A stretch of DNA of 64,000 bases from a virus. Below are positions 8,071-17,440 of the stretch, piece by piece (within the stretch, counting starts at the first letter, position 1; each line of letters starts with the position of its first letter). A program made the position numbers and the translations under genes. The notes beneath the pieces are model-generated. The model saw nothing but the letters and a program-made list of their open reading frames with translations. It made no database searches and had not been told where the DNA came from. The DNA is taken from positions 135,099 to 199,098 of the IMG/VR virus record IMGVR_UViG_3300037993_001242; one strand, written 5' to 3'.

Positions 8071-8117
8071 AATATCTCTATACCAATAATGGGGACAGCG
8101 TTAACCCCTAAAGGACA

Positions 8118-8486
8118 CTATTTTCTTCGCTTTTGAAGTTTACGAACGTGTTCAACCGGCGGGCGTTTGACCAGATAGCGCTTGTTGTGCGTTCGTGCTC
8201 CGCGTTCGCTGGTGTATAAATCCCAATAGGGGCGTAGCAGGTCTTGACCGCGCTTTAGTCCTTTTGGGACTCTGCCTATGATACATTTGGAAAAGCGCCA
8301 GCTTGAACGTCCAACGCAACCAACGCCCGGTTTATGGGTATCTTCCCTGCCGGTGTGCATTTTCATTGTTTGCCAGCGGACGAACTGAAATGAACCCACG
8401 TCAGCACCCGAAAACCGCATGTAAAGAGTTTGGCCCCGCTTGATGGGAGTTATCTTGATTTTATCAGACAATTTTTGCGCGTTCAT
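8118..8486 (-). CDS. Basic hypothetical protein (122 aa), probably leaderless
   Basis: ATG 6 nt after the -10 element. Confidence 0.7.
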   Translation of the reverse strand: MNAQKLSDKIKITPIKRGQTLYMRFSGADVGSFQFVRWQTMKMHTGREDTHKPGVGCVGRSSWRFSKCIIGRVPKGLKRGQDLLRPYWDLYTSERGARTHNKRYLVKRPPVEHVRKLQKRRK

Positions 8487-8492
8487 ACCAGT

Positions 8493-8521
8493 AATGTATA
8501 CGGGTATGACAATAATGTCAA
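8493..8521 (-). promoter_or_regulatory. Sigma70-like promoter TTGACA-N17-TACATT
   Basis: Consensus -35, 17-nt spacer, GTATACATT core. Confidence 0.7.
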
Positions 8522-8540
8522 TAGAAAAATTTAATCGCCT

Positions 8541-9470
8541 CTACTTGGGTTCATGTGGCTCGTTGCCACCCGCATGACCACAAACATCGCCCCCGGTATC
8601 ATCCACCAAAACGCCCTGTTCCTGCTTGACCCGCTTGTTGCAGTGAGCGCAACGGTGAGACCATGTTGCTCCGAATTTACCGCGCTCTATATCCTGCTGA
8701 GTCAATTCGACCCATATCTGCCTTAATTGATCCCAGTCCCCTTTTTCGGCAACCCCCGCGTAAATTAAAATGGCCTGATCCAGATCATAACCGGCCTTCG
8801 TCAACTCCGCTCGCGCCAGCGCTTCAGCATCTTCCTTGGAAACAGCTTGAACCGGATAGTCAAGCGCCGGTGGGCCATCTACTTCAATATCCCTACCCTC
8901 AACGTCTTTGGCTCCCTCGAATGATACGATCCAGTAGTGACCGGGCAGCTTTTTAAGCATAACCCGTGGGTCAACTTCGTCGGGATCGATGGCTTCCCTG
9001 ACTCGTTGCACGCGATCCCGGTGGTCTGCCCATTCCTGTTTGGCGCGCTTTTTCTCCACGCCGGTCATGTCGAACGGACTGGTCACCATGCTCCAACGCC
9101 CGCAGGCGCATTTCCACCCATCCCACGATGATACCAATCGGCAGGGCTTGTGGCCGTGCTTGAGGCTGAAGCGCTTGAAGTTGATGTCATCAGGATCGAG
9201 CGCTTCGTTACGATATTTGGGCTTTGAAACGATCCCGTATTTTCGTTCCAGTTCTTCTCGTGGTGTATGGTATATTTCTTCCTCTTCCACTTGTTGGGGC
9301 CAATCACTGAATGGACAGGTTAAATCAGCACAGTATCCTGATTGGTCAACGTCACTACCGCATTTTTTACAAAAACCCGGTATGTGAAGTACTTGCTGTT
9401 TGAAGTCAACGTCGTCAGGATCAGCTTCCAGCAGGCGGGAAACGATGAATTGTGCTCGCGGGGTGTTCAC
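8541..9470 (-). CDS. LLE-leader, DPDE-linker multi-module protein (309 aa)
   Basis: IVSRLLEADPDDVDFK, NEALDPDDINFK, VREAIDPDEVDPR; Cys-containing modules lie between linkers. Confidence 0.85.
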   Translation of the reverse strand: MNTPRAQFIVSRLLEADPDDVDFKQQVLHIPGFCKKCGSDVDQSGYCADLTCPFSDWPQQVEEEEIYHTPREELERKYGIVSKPKYRNEALDPDDINFKRFSLKHGHKPCRLVSSWDGWKCACGRWSMVTSPFDMTGVEKKRAKQEWADHRDRVQRVREAIDPDEVDPRVMLKKLPGHYWIVSFEGAKDVEGRDIEVDGPPALDYPVQAVSKEDAEALARAELTKAGYDLDQAILIYAGVAEKGDWDQLRQIWVELTQQDIERGKFGATWSHRCAHCNKRVKQEQGVLVDDTGGDVCGHAGGNEPHEPK

Positions 9471-9796
9471 GACTGCGATACCGCGCTCATGGCCGTCTGC
9501 TCCACGTAGCGCTGGGCATCGTCACGCGTGGCAAAGCCATCTTTTTGGGGAGCGCGCCGGGGCATGGCAAACCAAGGACTTTGCAGCGTCCGGGCCTTGG
9601 CCTCCGGCGTCATGGACGGCGGCAGGTTGGTTTCCATGTGCTTGCTGATCATGCCCAGCCACCGGCCATCCGACGAATGTACACCGTAAACTTCCGGCTG
9701 GTCTTCGACCGGTTGCAGCGTGCTGGATAGAGGAGCCGCACTCGTCGGTTCATCTTCCAGCAAAAAGGATACCATCTGGCGTGCTCTGGTGCTCAT
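9467..9796 (-). CDS. LLE-leader protein
   Basis: MSTRARQMVSFLLEDE; GTGA overlap with the next gene. Confidence 0.65.
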   Translation of the reverse strand: MSTRARQMVSFLLEDEPTSAAPLSSTLQPVEDQPEVYGVHSSDGRWLGMISKHMETNLPPSMTPEAKARTLQSPWFAMPRRAPQKDGFATRDDAQRYVEQTAMSAVSQS

Positions 9797-9798
9797 GT

Positions 9799-10137
9799 TC
9801 AGCCGCTTGTTTTGTCGTCTTTTTGAGGATGCCACTTAAAGCGAGTGGTCAAATCGTGCTTGAACGACGGCGTTTCCGCTTTAGGCGGTATTTTAATCTT
9901 AATCGTCGGCCTGCTTGCTTTAGGTTCAGCCGAGATGGCTGAGGTTTGCTCGTCCGGCTCCACTGTTGGTACCTGCGCAGAATACGCCCGTTGACCCAAA
10001 AAGTCCTTGGCCGTGAATTTGAACTTTTTAAAACCGCTTTGCCGCCACGGATCACTTGCGCCACCAACAGGCACAGGTGTATTTCCAGCGTATTCCAGCA
10101 GCTTGTCTACGACTTCGGCAGCAGTTAGTTTGACCAT
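9799..10137 (-). CDS. LLE-leader protein
   Basis: MVKLTAAEVVDKLLEY; TAGTTAA 4 nt upstream. Confidence 0.65.
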   Translation of the reverse strand: MVKLTAAEVVDKLLEYAGNTPVPVGGASDPWRQSGFKKFKFTAKDFLGQRAYSAQVPTVEPDEQTSAISAEPKASRPTIKIKIPPKAETPSFKHDLTTRFKWHPQKDDKTSG

Positions 10138-10141
10138 TGCC

Positions 10142-10148
10142 TTAACTA
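10142..10148 (-). promoter_or_regulatory. Candidate late promoter TAGTTAA
   Basis: 4 nt before ATG 10137; not part of a stop codon. Confidence 0.5.
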
Positions 10149-10153
10149 CGACA

Positions 10154-10879
10154 TCATCTTCCACGATACCTCACCGAACCTTGGCGCACCAACGGACGAC
10201 CCATCCGATAACGCGTCAATCTTGATTTTGGCATCCGTACGATTGCCGGTGAATCTGGCTCCTTATTGATGGTGGCAAACGCCCGTTCAACCCGGCTGGC
10301 ATTCAAGCTTACAGGTAGTAGTGGTCTCGAAAACGCCCTTTCTATCCAAGCATCCATAAAAACATAAAGCTCCTTAATATCTTCAAACGAATGCGTGTGC
10401 AGAACACGAATGATGCCAATCATCTCCGTTTCAAATTCTTCCAGATCAGAGTGCTCATGTATCGAATAATGCCGGGTAAATTCACCGTCTGGCGTCACCA
10501 CCAACACATGCTTGATCCCGCGCCGCCCCGACACGCGCCGAAACCATCCAAAAGCAAACCAAGTCGTCAACGTGTTGTCCAAAACGTGACCATCCGCGCC
10601 ACAATTCACAAATATCCGGCAAAAACTTGCTGGACGCTTTGACCGTTCGTGTTTGTAGCCTCTGGCCAGTGGAACATCTCGAACGTATGCCTTGAGATGA
10701 TTGCTGCTCGCCGATTTATTAAGATTAAACTCCAAGCGCTTCAACCGCTCGGTTACGTTCAGATGATCCCATACGTAGAAATCGAGGGCGTCCGGGTCAA
10801 ACTTCTGGTGCTGGTGTTGAAGGGGCTTTTTCACTGGGTTCTTCTTTGTACCGCGTGAACGGTTTGATGGGTTTGTCAA
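10154..10879 (-). CDS. Hypothetical protein (up to 241 aa, start uncertain)
   Basis: Long ORF in the minus-strand run; contains a partial FDPDALDF motif. Confidence 0.6.
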   Translation of the reverse strand: MTNPSNRSRGTKKNPVKKPLQHQHQKFDPDALDFYVWDHLNVTERLKRLEFNLNKSASSNHLKAYVRDVPLARGYKHERSKRPASFCRIFVNCGADGHVLDNTLTTWFAFGWFRRVSGRRGIKHVLVVTPDGEFTRHYSIHEHSDLEEFETEMIGIIRVLHTHSFEDIKELYVFMDAWIERAFSRPLLPVSLNASRVERAFATINKEPDSPAIVRMPKSRLTRYRMGRPLVRQGSVRYRGR

Positions 10880-11321
10880 ACCAGACCACGCTGTCGTCGT
10901 TCATTTCCGCACCGACATAATCGGTCGGCAATATGGCCATTTGGCCTTCACTCGGTTTCCTGTACGCCGACCGCAAACCATAACCTTTAGCCGCTAAAGC
11001 GGCTTTTCCTTTGGCATACGGGCCGGTACCGGAATAATGAAGCTGCTCACCGGTGATAAATCGCTTCACATCTTTACGCTTTTTGCCGTACCGCGCAAGT
11101 TCGCGCTCAAGTTCTACCACACAACGAAGTTCGTCCCACGTAGCATCGGCTTTCCGACGCAGGGTCTTCAACTGGAGAAATTTGGCATGAATCGAATCCC
11201 AGTGTTTAAAAAGTTCAGAGTGTTCGCCGGTCGGCTCGTCGGCTCCCTGCGGCGGAGGCGGCACCGGCTGGTCAAGATCAGTTTCAGTCAAAACATCCAC
11301 TATGTTTTTCGCTTTGCTCAT
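10797..11321 (-). CDS. LLE-like leader protein (174 aa)
   Basis: MSKAKNIVDVLTETD followed by a Pro-rich linker; TAATTAG 3 nt upstream. Confidence 0.7.
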   Translation of the reverse strand: MSKAKNIVDVLTETDLDQPVPPPPQGADEPTGEHSELFKHWDSIHAKFLQLKTLRRKADATWDELRCVVELERELARYGKKRKDVKRFITGEQLHYSGTGPYAKGKAALAAKGYGLRSAYRKPSEGQMAILPTDYVGAEMNDDSVVWFDKPIKPFTRYKEEPSEKAPSTPAPEV

Positions 11322-11584
11322 AGTCTAATTACTTCGCCACACCGGACACAAACATCGCAGACATACTGCTTTTCCGTCACGTCATTGCCGTTTCTTAACA
11401 TTCGTTCAAACGTATCCAACGCTTCCATCTCCTCGCCTATCGGAGCCGCATCTATAAGGCGCTCCAAATCCTCAGCCGTCGACGGCGGATGATGAACATG
11501 AGAATCCACGCTGGCCGTGTTGTAGCGCGGCTTAAACTTATGGCCGAAAATCAGCCCAAACAGTCCTCGACAGCGCTTATTCAT
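11318..11584 (-). CDS. Small Cys/His protein, DUF1660-like
   Basis: CRGLFGLIFGHKF at the N-terminus and CDVCVRCG at the C-terminus. Confidence 0.55.
   Translation of the reverse strand: MNKRCRGLFGLIFGHKFKPRYNTASVDSHVHHPPSTAEDLERLIDAAPIGEEMEALDTFERMLRNGNDVTEKQYVCDVCVRCGEVIRL
11325..11331 (-). promoter_or_regulatory. Candidate late promoter TAATTAG
   Basis: 3 nt before ATG 11321. Confidence 0.45.
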
Positions 11585-12653
11585 TATTCAATCCAACCAA
11601 AGTATGATCGAGCCAAATCCGTTTATGGGTCTTCCAAAATCCCTGTTTGGCCGCTTCATCAGCGTTGGCCCAGTCTATGTAGCCATCCGCCGTGCGTGGC
11701 AGCAGGGCCACCGGCACCAATTCGCTCTTTTTGCCGATCACTTGATACGTCCAGTGAGCGGCCCGGCGATGAAGCGCCGGACTGGCATGGGTTCCGGTGC
11801 CGTCGCTCTGGCGCACCATGCGGTAATTGGCTCCGATAATGATGGGTGCCCAAATTGCCGGGCGTTCCACGCCTCGTTTCACTTTGGCTGGACGATCCAC
11901 TTTTTCCTTGCCAACCAGACCATCACGCCAGTTGAGTACGCACAGAAGTTTGAGCATCAACAATGACACTTTATCGGTGGCTTCCTTGTTCTTGGCCACC
12001 ACGTTTGCCGGGGCACCTGTCCAGTCGGTATAGTCAAAATCCTTCGTGATAGCGTCAGCCAAGGTCTCGTTCCAGTAACTGGACACGTAATTTTCCATAC
12101 GGCCATTTTTCCACGCATACCACATCCATGACACCTTGTCCTGTGTCGCCTCGATCTCCGGCGCGCCGGGAAAGTACTTGCAGGTCATCGGCTTTTTCCA
12201 TTGCTGACACGCGTATACATAGCAGGTATCGATACCCAGATAATCGTGCATGAATTTCGCTGGAAATCCAAAAACCAAGCCCGGCATGGGCCACTTCAGT
12301 TCCTCGATCCGCAGGTCTTTGGGCAGTTCCGTCGCCGCCACCGCCCGGATGAACTCGTCGGCCACGTAGTAAACCGGCACATCTTGGTTGATGACCTCGT
12401 AACAAATCGCCTGCGCTGTAATCCGTTGGGGTATCACCGGTCTGCCGGAAGCGATGTCCTCTGCATTCTCACCGACCATCACATGCAGCCCGACGGCAAC
12501 TTCCTTGCTGCTGTGATACGTGCCGGGAGCCTGTCGTTTTTTCGGCTCGTAGATGGACAACATCAAAAGCGGAATGTCGGCGTGCATATCCTGCATCACC
12601 GCGCTCAAGGTGGGCCAGCGCTGCATCATCTTAGCTTCGGCAGGATCAATCAT
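11577..12653 (-). CDS. Hypothetical phage protein (358 aa)
   Basis: Long ORF overlapping both neighbours; C-terminal SPALHRRAAHW motif. Confidence 0.75.
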   Translation of the reverse strand: MIDPAEAKMMQRWPTLSAVMQDMHADIPLLMLSIYEPKKRQAPGTYHSSKEVAVGLHVMVGENAEDIASGRPVIPQRITAQAICYEVINQDVPVYYVADEFIRAVAATELPKDLRIEELKWPMPGLVFGFPAKFMHDYLGIDTCYVYACQQWKKPMTCKYFPGAPEIEATQDKVSWMWYAWKNGRMENYVSSYWNETLADAITKDFDYTDWTGAPANVVAKNKEATDKVSLLMLKLLCVLNWRDGLVGKEKVDRPAKVKRGVERPAIWAPIIIGANYRMVRQSDGTGTHASPALHRRAAHWTYQVIGKKSELVPVALLPRTADGYIDWANADEAAKQGFWKTHKRIWLDHTLVGLNNE

Positions 12654-12885
12654 GGCATTCTGCCTTTTTAAGGAACCACCAAACCGCCGCTGCCAGCAGG
12701 AGATAGGCGAGTGCCAGAATCAGAAATTCCGTGTCCAGCCGGTCAATGCGGTGTTGTAGTTCGGCAATCTGGCCGCTGGCGTACGACGCGTTGGCTCTGG
12801 CCATTTCAAGGGTTTGGTGCATCATCTGCGCGGTAGGATCGTTGGTACCGTGAGGCAGAGCAATAACTGCAAACAAAGTTTTCAT
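12646..12885 (-). CDS. Small coiled-coil plus transmembrane protein
   Basis: C-terminal hydrophobic run FLILALAYLLLAAAVWWFL. Confidence 0.65.
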   Translation of the reverse strand: MKTLFAVIALPHGTNDPTAQMMHQTLEMARANASYASGQIAELQHRIDRLDTEFLILALAYLLLAAAVWWFLKKAECHD

Positions 12886-13991
12886 AATTTGGTTTCGATA
12901 TAAGGTTCAGGGAACGGTCGAGCCACAAATTTAAGTGACTCGAAATAGCGATAGTCGTCGGCTCCCGCAATGAAACCGTGGCCTTTCAAATTCAATACAA
13001 ATCGGGTGACATTTTCCGGGCCGTGACCATCCCAAATCTTTTCCGCGATGTCGCCCGCTTCCTGATACGCACCACAGGGCCAGAGGGTGTCAATAAAATC
13101 GGCTCCAGCCACGTAAACGTGGCCATGAATCAGGTATTTGATGCGTGGATAAGTCGCGAACAAATGCGCCTGTATCGGAGTATCTACGGAAGGTTTATGT
13201 TCACCAAAATACTTGTAGACAGTTTTTGGCCCCGACCCCGGAGTCAAGATCACCGGCACAAATCCATCCGCACCAATGGATGCTTTGTCGATGTTGCGCC
13301 GTGAAATAAAAGCAATGTCGCCATCCCGAAAGGCGGGAAAACCGTGACTACACCGAAAGGCAGCATTCCCGACGAAACGCTCAACGATCTTGGGCACTGG
13401 CAACAGCCCACTGAATTGCTGCGCTGCCGTGCGGATGTAATCAAAAAATCCGGTTTCTTCCGGCACTGGCGGTACGGCACCTTCAATCCGCTCGGTGCCA
13501 ATGCGCAGGACGGTCGCTAAAAACTTCAGACGATTGCCAATGGCACGGCCCATGTCCGTAAAATCCATGGACTCGTAAAACAAATTGCCCAACGGATCAT
13601 ATAAGCGGGCGCGATAACGGCTATCCTGCTTGGTGAATACAACGACCAGATTGGACTTCAGGTGAAGCGCGTGCTGGATGATTTGCGCCAGATCATAATT
13701 CTTTTCGACCACGCGCTTGGAAGTCACCAACAGGCAGGTTTTGTTCTGGGCCTTGATCTCGCGCACCGTGGTTTTGGGCGCGTCGTTGGGCACGTTGGCA
13801 ATCCAGATCACCGCAATACCGAGTGTACGCGCTGCCGCACTGGCCTCTTGCAATTTCTCCAGTCCGCCGCCATTGATAAAGATACCCTCTGCACCGAGAA
13901 CGTCGGCCACGCCGCGATGCAGCGCTGCCGCAAGACTGGAAGGTCTGCCGCCAGCATTGTCAAAATTGCCACCTACAAAAACGTATCTCAT
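12882..13991 (-). CDS. Fusion of an unknown alpha/beta domain and a class II aldolase/adducin domain
   Basis: GNAAFR, KPSVDTPIQ, LIHGHVY, PCG..EA and LKGHG match the class II aldolase metal-binding pattern. Confidence 0.7.
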   Translation of the reverse strand: MRYVFVGGNFDNAGGRPSSLAAALHRGVADVLGAEGIFINGGGLEKLQEASAAARTLGIAVIWIANVPNDAPKTTVREIKAQNKTCLLVTSKRVVEKNYDLAQIIQHALHLKSNLVVVFTKQDSRYRARLYDPLGNLFYESMDFTDMGRAIGNRLKFLATVLRIGTERIEGAVPPVPEETGFFDYIRTAAQQFSGLLPVPKIVERFVGNAAFRCSHGFPAFRDGDIAFISRRNIDKASIGADGFVPVILTPGSGPKTVYKYFGEHKPSVDTPIQAHLFATYPRIKYLIHGHVYVAGADFIDTLWPCGAYQEAGDIAEKIWDGHGPENVTRFVLNLKGHGFIAGADDYRYFESLKFVARPFPEPYIETKL

Positions 13992-14001
13992 GGTTCATTG
14001 C

Positions 14002-14029
14002 TGGCCTGCCAACAGAGGTTGGCAGGCCA
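14002..14029. terminator. 12-bp inverted repeat, possible terminator or RNA stability hairpin
   Basis: TGGCCTGCCAAC-AGAG-GTTGGCAGGCCA in the intergenic gap. Confidence 0.5.
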
Positions 14030-14043
14030 ATTCAACGCGTTGA

Positions 14044-14409
14044 TTATTGCTGCCGGTTTTTGCGCGCACGCACGGCAAGACTGGCCTTTTGCGCCCGCAA
14101 CAGTACGGCATACGGAACGTGCTCGCAACCAATGTACACGTCGCCCAATTTGCCATCATAGTCACCACCGTCATTGTCGACGGAAAAGTTGACCGTATGG
14201 CCGCCGGTGACTGATCTAATGGTCTTGGGCGGCTTGGGCTGGTCGTGCATGTACCGGGCGTGTTCCACAATGCGATCCAGTTCTGCCGCTGTCACCTGCT
14301 TCTTGCCTGCTTCCTCGCCGCCTTGATAGTCACAGATGGCTCCGGTGGCGTCCACACAGAGGGCCAAGTCACTTGGTAACGCTATGGTTGGTAGTTTGGT
14401 GTCTTTCAT
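14044..14409 (-). CDS. Hypothetical protein (121 aa)
   Basis: ATGA overlap; tiles the run. Confidence 0.65.
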   Translation of the reverse strand: MKDTKLPTIALPSDLALCVDATGAICDYQGGEEAGKKQVTAAELDRIVEHARYMHDQPKPPKTIRSVTGGHTVNFSVDNDGGDYDGKLGDVYIGCEHVPYAVLLRAQKASLAVRARKNRQQ

Positions 14410-14993
14410 AGTTTTGTCTGATGTTTTGTTTTACTGTTTGTTTTGATATTCCCGCCACGTGGCCGGAAAGCGCCGTAAATTTTCTTGGGAGGCTCGGCAA
14501 AGTAGCGCAGCAGCGCCGGGCAGAACCAACCTTCCATTTTGAGTTGCTCGCAAAAGTACCAGTCGCCGGTGCCGCTTTCGTCCCCGCGCAACCACGTTAA
14601 TTCGATGATCGTCCCCGGAAATGGCCGGTCGGAAAACATGCAGATGAATCCGTTTTCCGCATCAGGAATCTTGGAGGTTATCGTGTCGAGGATGGTGTCC
14701 ACCCCGGACACGAAAGCCTCCTTGTTCAATCCCGTGGCGGGGTCGTCAAAAACCCACAGTCCGTTCCACTTGTAGGGCATGATGACGCGGATTTCGTTGC
14801 GCGGTGAAACAAGGGCGCGGCAATCGCCCAAAGTCAATTCGACGCTGCTTAGTCCGTGCTGGGCATACGCGATCAGCGTATCGTCAGGATGCCGCTGATT
14901 GAAGCAGGGCGACCCTTCGTACAGGTCGTGGATGCGCACGATCTCCGCAATTTTTTGAAACGCCGAGGCAAACGTTGAGGGGGTATCGTTCAT
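14406..14993 (-). CDS. Protein with a DUF6717-like C-terminal domain
   Basis: PYKWNGLWVFDDPATGLNKEAFVSG...FPG...WFCPALLRYF pattern; start MNDTPST. Confidence 0.6.
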   Translation of the reverse strand: MNDTPSTFASAFQKIAEIVRIHDLYEGSPCFNQRHPDDTLIAYAQHGLSSVELTLGDCRALVSPRNEIRVIMPYKWNGLWVFDDPATGLNKEAFVSGVDTILDTITSKIPDAENGFICMFSDRPFPGTIIELTWLRGDESGTGDWYFCEQLKMEGWFCPALLRYFAEPPKKIYGAFRPRGGNIKTNSKTKHQTKL

Positions 14994-14994
14994 A

Positions 14995-15333
14995 TCAGTT
15001 GCGGCTGGCCGTGGCTTTGCGATAAACCCAAACGGCCATGTCTTTGGGCATGACGACGACCGTGACTTCGGCGGGATGATTGAGCACAAAGACGCCAGAA
15101 TGGTCGATCCCCTCTGATGTGTTGGCTTGAACGACCATGGCGCTGAACTCCGTGGATTTGCCCTCCAAGCCGCGAGAACCTTTGGGGGTGGATTTATCCG
15201 TCCAGACAATTTCACCGGTGTCAACTGCCTCGGTGAATCGGTGCAAGTACTTTACCGCGCTGGCAATCACGCCAACACCGTTGACGGCGGCAACCGCAGC
15301 ATCTCTTAACGCTTTATCGAAATTATCGTCCAT
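14995..15333 (-). CDS. Hypothetical protein
   Basis: ATG 15333 lies 9 nt after the promoter -10. Confidence 0.6.
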   Translation of the reverse strand: MDDNFDKALRDAAVAAVNGVGVIASAVKYLHRFTEAVDTGEIVWTDKSTPKGSRGLEGKSTEFSAMVVQANTSEGIDHSGVFVLNHPAEVTVVVMPKDMAVWVYRKATASRN

Positions 15334-15342
15334 GCTCAAAGC

Positions 15343-15371
15343 ACCGTATACAATAACCGGCACTCTGTCAA
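15343..15371 (-). promoter_or_regulatory. Sigma70-like promoter TTGACA-N17-TACGGT
   Basis: Consensus -35 and GTATAC core. Confidence 0.65.
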
Positions 15372-15384
15372 CACTAAAATTTAA

Positions 15385-15669
15385 CTAAAAAAGGCGCGAT
15401 TCAACCAGCGGTTCAAGCTCGGCGGCGTAAAAATATAGATTGTCTCCGGGTTCAAATCCGTCGACGTGTATCCAAACCGAATCTGGATCGTCGGTTGTTG
15501 TAACCACAGTTGCTTTTTCGCGAGGCCAGCCGCGCTTGTTGAGCATTACCCGTTCTCCCTTCAAAAATCTCTGCCGCTGCTGCGGACGCGCCATACGCAC
15601 ATAATGCTTCGGATCAACTTCGTCCGGGTCGGTTTCCAGCAACCTGTTTACAAGATCGTGCGTGTTCAT
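15385..15669 (-). CDS. LLE-leader / DPDE protein with an SH3-like body (94 aa)
   Basis: MNTHDLVNRLLETDPDEVDPKHY; FLKGERVML...ATVV...VWIHVDG...AELEPL. Confidence 0.8.
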   Translation of the reverse strand: MNTHDLVNRLLETDPDEVDPKHYVRMARPQQRQRFLKGERVMLNKRGWPREKATVVTTTDDPDSVWIHVDGFEPGDNLYFYAAELEPLVESRLF

Positions 15670-15989
15670 ACATTTTTAGGCCCGATGTATTGAATACTGA
15701 TGACGTAAGACACGTCATCCTTGGGCACCAAATCCGGTCGATTGAGCGCGTCAATGGCATTGAAAAACTGTTCCACCCAAATCGTTTCATCGATTTCATC
15801 GTCAGGTTCAGTCCCAGCGGGCGGCGCAAGCGGCACGATCACAACCGCAGTATATCCTTCTTCCGGCGTGGGCAAGTCAACGGTGACGTGGTACTCGTAC
15901 AGCAGGTTGATGTGCTGCAAATAGTCCTTCGGACGAAGTTCGTCCGGGCCAACTTCCAGCAACCGGTTTACAATGTTGTGCGCATTCAT
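15666..15989 (-). CDS. LLE-leader / DPDE protein (107 aa)
   Basis: MNAHNIVNRLLEVGPDELRPKDY. Confidence 0.8.
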   Translation of the reverse strand: MNAHNIVNRLLEVGPDELRPKDYLQHINLLYEYHVTVDLPTPEEGYTAVVIVPLAPPAGTEPDDEIDETIWVEQFFNAIDALNRPDLVPKDDVSYVISIQYIGPKNV

Positions 15990-17437
15990 CCGTGTCGTCT
16001 AATCCAACTAAGTATCAACTTTTTGGCTTCGAGTTCCGAAAGATCAAATTTTTGAGTTCCTTTGATGTTGTCTTCGCCCTCACGCCAATCCGCCACAGAC
16101 ACTGTCCACAGACCGTCCTCCTGCTTTCTTGCCGTGTAAACAAAATCAGTAGTGTTACGTTCAAAAGTAGGATAACTTACGGTTTGCCCCTGTATCACCG
16201 GCAATTCTGGATCAGCCACAAATTCCTTGTCCTCGCGTCCTTCAAAACCGTGCGCTCTAAGCCACGATTCAAAAGACTGCGGCAACTGCCGGAAAAGTTC
16301 TTTGGCTGGAGGCGGCTGATCCGGGTCAATCGACTCCACAACTTCTGGGATGTGCCGCCATTCCAATTTAGCCCTGCAACGGCCACACTCCTGCAAATCG
16401 AGATCATCTTCGTCGCCGGGCTTGATGCCGTTGAATCCAGCCTCCAGATACGAAAAATCATCCATCAACAACCCCCGGAAATGGCAGATCGGGCATTCCA
16501 CCAGTGGATTGCCAGTGTCTTCTGGATTGGCAATCACAATCAGTCGACCCTGAATCTTCAAATCACGCGGGGTCATCCCTTTGGTGTAATCTTTGGGCTT
16601 TATCTCGTCAGGATCGAGCGCTTCATTGACCGTCAATCCGAGCTTGTGGGCTAAATCAGGGCGCGCTCGTCGTATCCAAAGCGCCAGTGCTTTCTGGAAA
16701 ACAGTCATCGAAGCCGATGTCCCCCAACGATCAATATATTCCGCAATGTACCCCGTGCCTTCCATGGTTCTCAACGACTGAACATCTTCTGGATTTTCCG
16801 AACCAAAGTTGATTAGCGCGAGTTCATCCGAATCGTTTCGTCGTCTGCAATTGCTGTATACGTTCTCAATAAATTTATCAGACTTGGTAGCAAAGTATGG
16901 CGCAGCATCCGTTGTCACAGGTGGCACTCCCTCTGGCGCGTCCTCTTCATCCACCCAGATTTCCACCATGAATCGCTCTGGAATTTTTCGGAGAAATTCT
17001 TTGGGTTTAATTTCATCAGGATCGAACGCTTCGTCCATGCCGGGTGGCTCAAGATGGATGTCGTCCGCGTCTCCATGCTCCGGCGGCGAATACTCGTTAT
17101 CAACTGCTTGGGCAAAAACTTCAACAGGCTGTCCCGCCTCTTGTTCCATTTCGTCCTGCGGCTTCCAGCCTACACCGATCCAATGAACACTGGAATACGC
17201 GTATAATTTTGCCTGCCAGACGTAAATCCACAGCAAAGTCTTTCCTTCAGTGAAACGCGCCAATTTTTCGTATTGAGCTTCGTTGGGTTTCGACATCTGC
17301 ACAAAGCGCCAACCCAATTTTTCCAGTGCGCCCCGAATCTCCAACAGCAATCCCTTTGGCACATCAGACAGGTACTGACGTGGATTAACATCATCCACGG
17401 CATCAAGCAAAGCTGAAACTAGGCAGCGCGGCGTCAC
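15986..17437 (-). CDS. DPDE-linker multi-module protein (483 aa, four modules)
   Basis: VSALLDAVDDVNPR, MDEAFDPDEIKPK, VNEALDPDEIKPK, VVESIDPDQP; third module has CPIC...CGRC. Confidence 0.85.
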   Translation of the reverse strand: MTPRCLVSALLDAVDDVNPRQYLSDVPKGLLLEIRGALEKLGWRFVQMSKPNEAQYEKLARFTEGKTLLWIYVWQAKLYAYSSVHWIGVGWKPQDEMEQEAGQPVEVFAQAVDNEYSPPEHGDADDIHLEPPGMDEAFDPDEIKPKEFLRKIPERFMVEIWVDEEDAPEGVPPVTTDAAPYFATKSDKFIENVYSNCRRRNDSDELALINFGSENPEDVQSLRTMEGTGYIAEYIDRWGTSASMTVFQKALALWIRRARPDLAHKLGLTVNEALDPDEIKPKDYTKGMTPRDLKIQGRLIVIANPEDTGNPLVECPICHFRGLLMDDFSYLEAGFNGIKPGDEDDLDLQECGRCRAKLEWRHIPEVVESIDPDQPPPAKELFRQLPQSFESWLRAHGFEGREDKEFVADPELPVIQGQTVSYPTFERNTTDFVYTARKQEDGLWTVSVADWREGEDNIKGTQKFDLSELEAKKLILSWIRRHG

Positions 17438-17440
17438 GCT

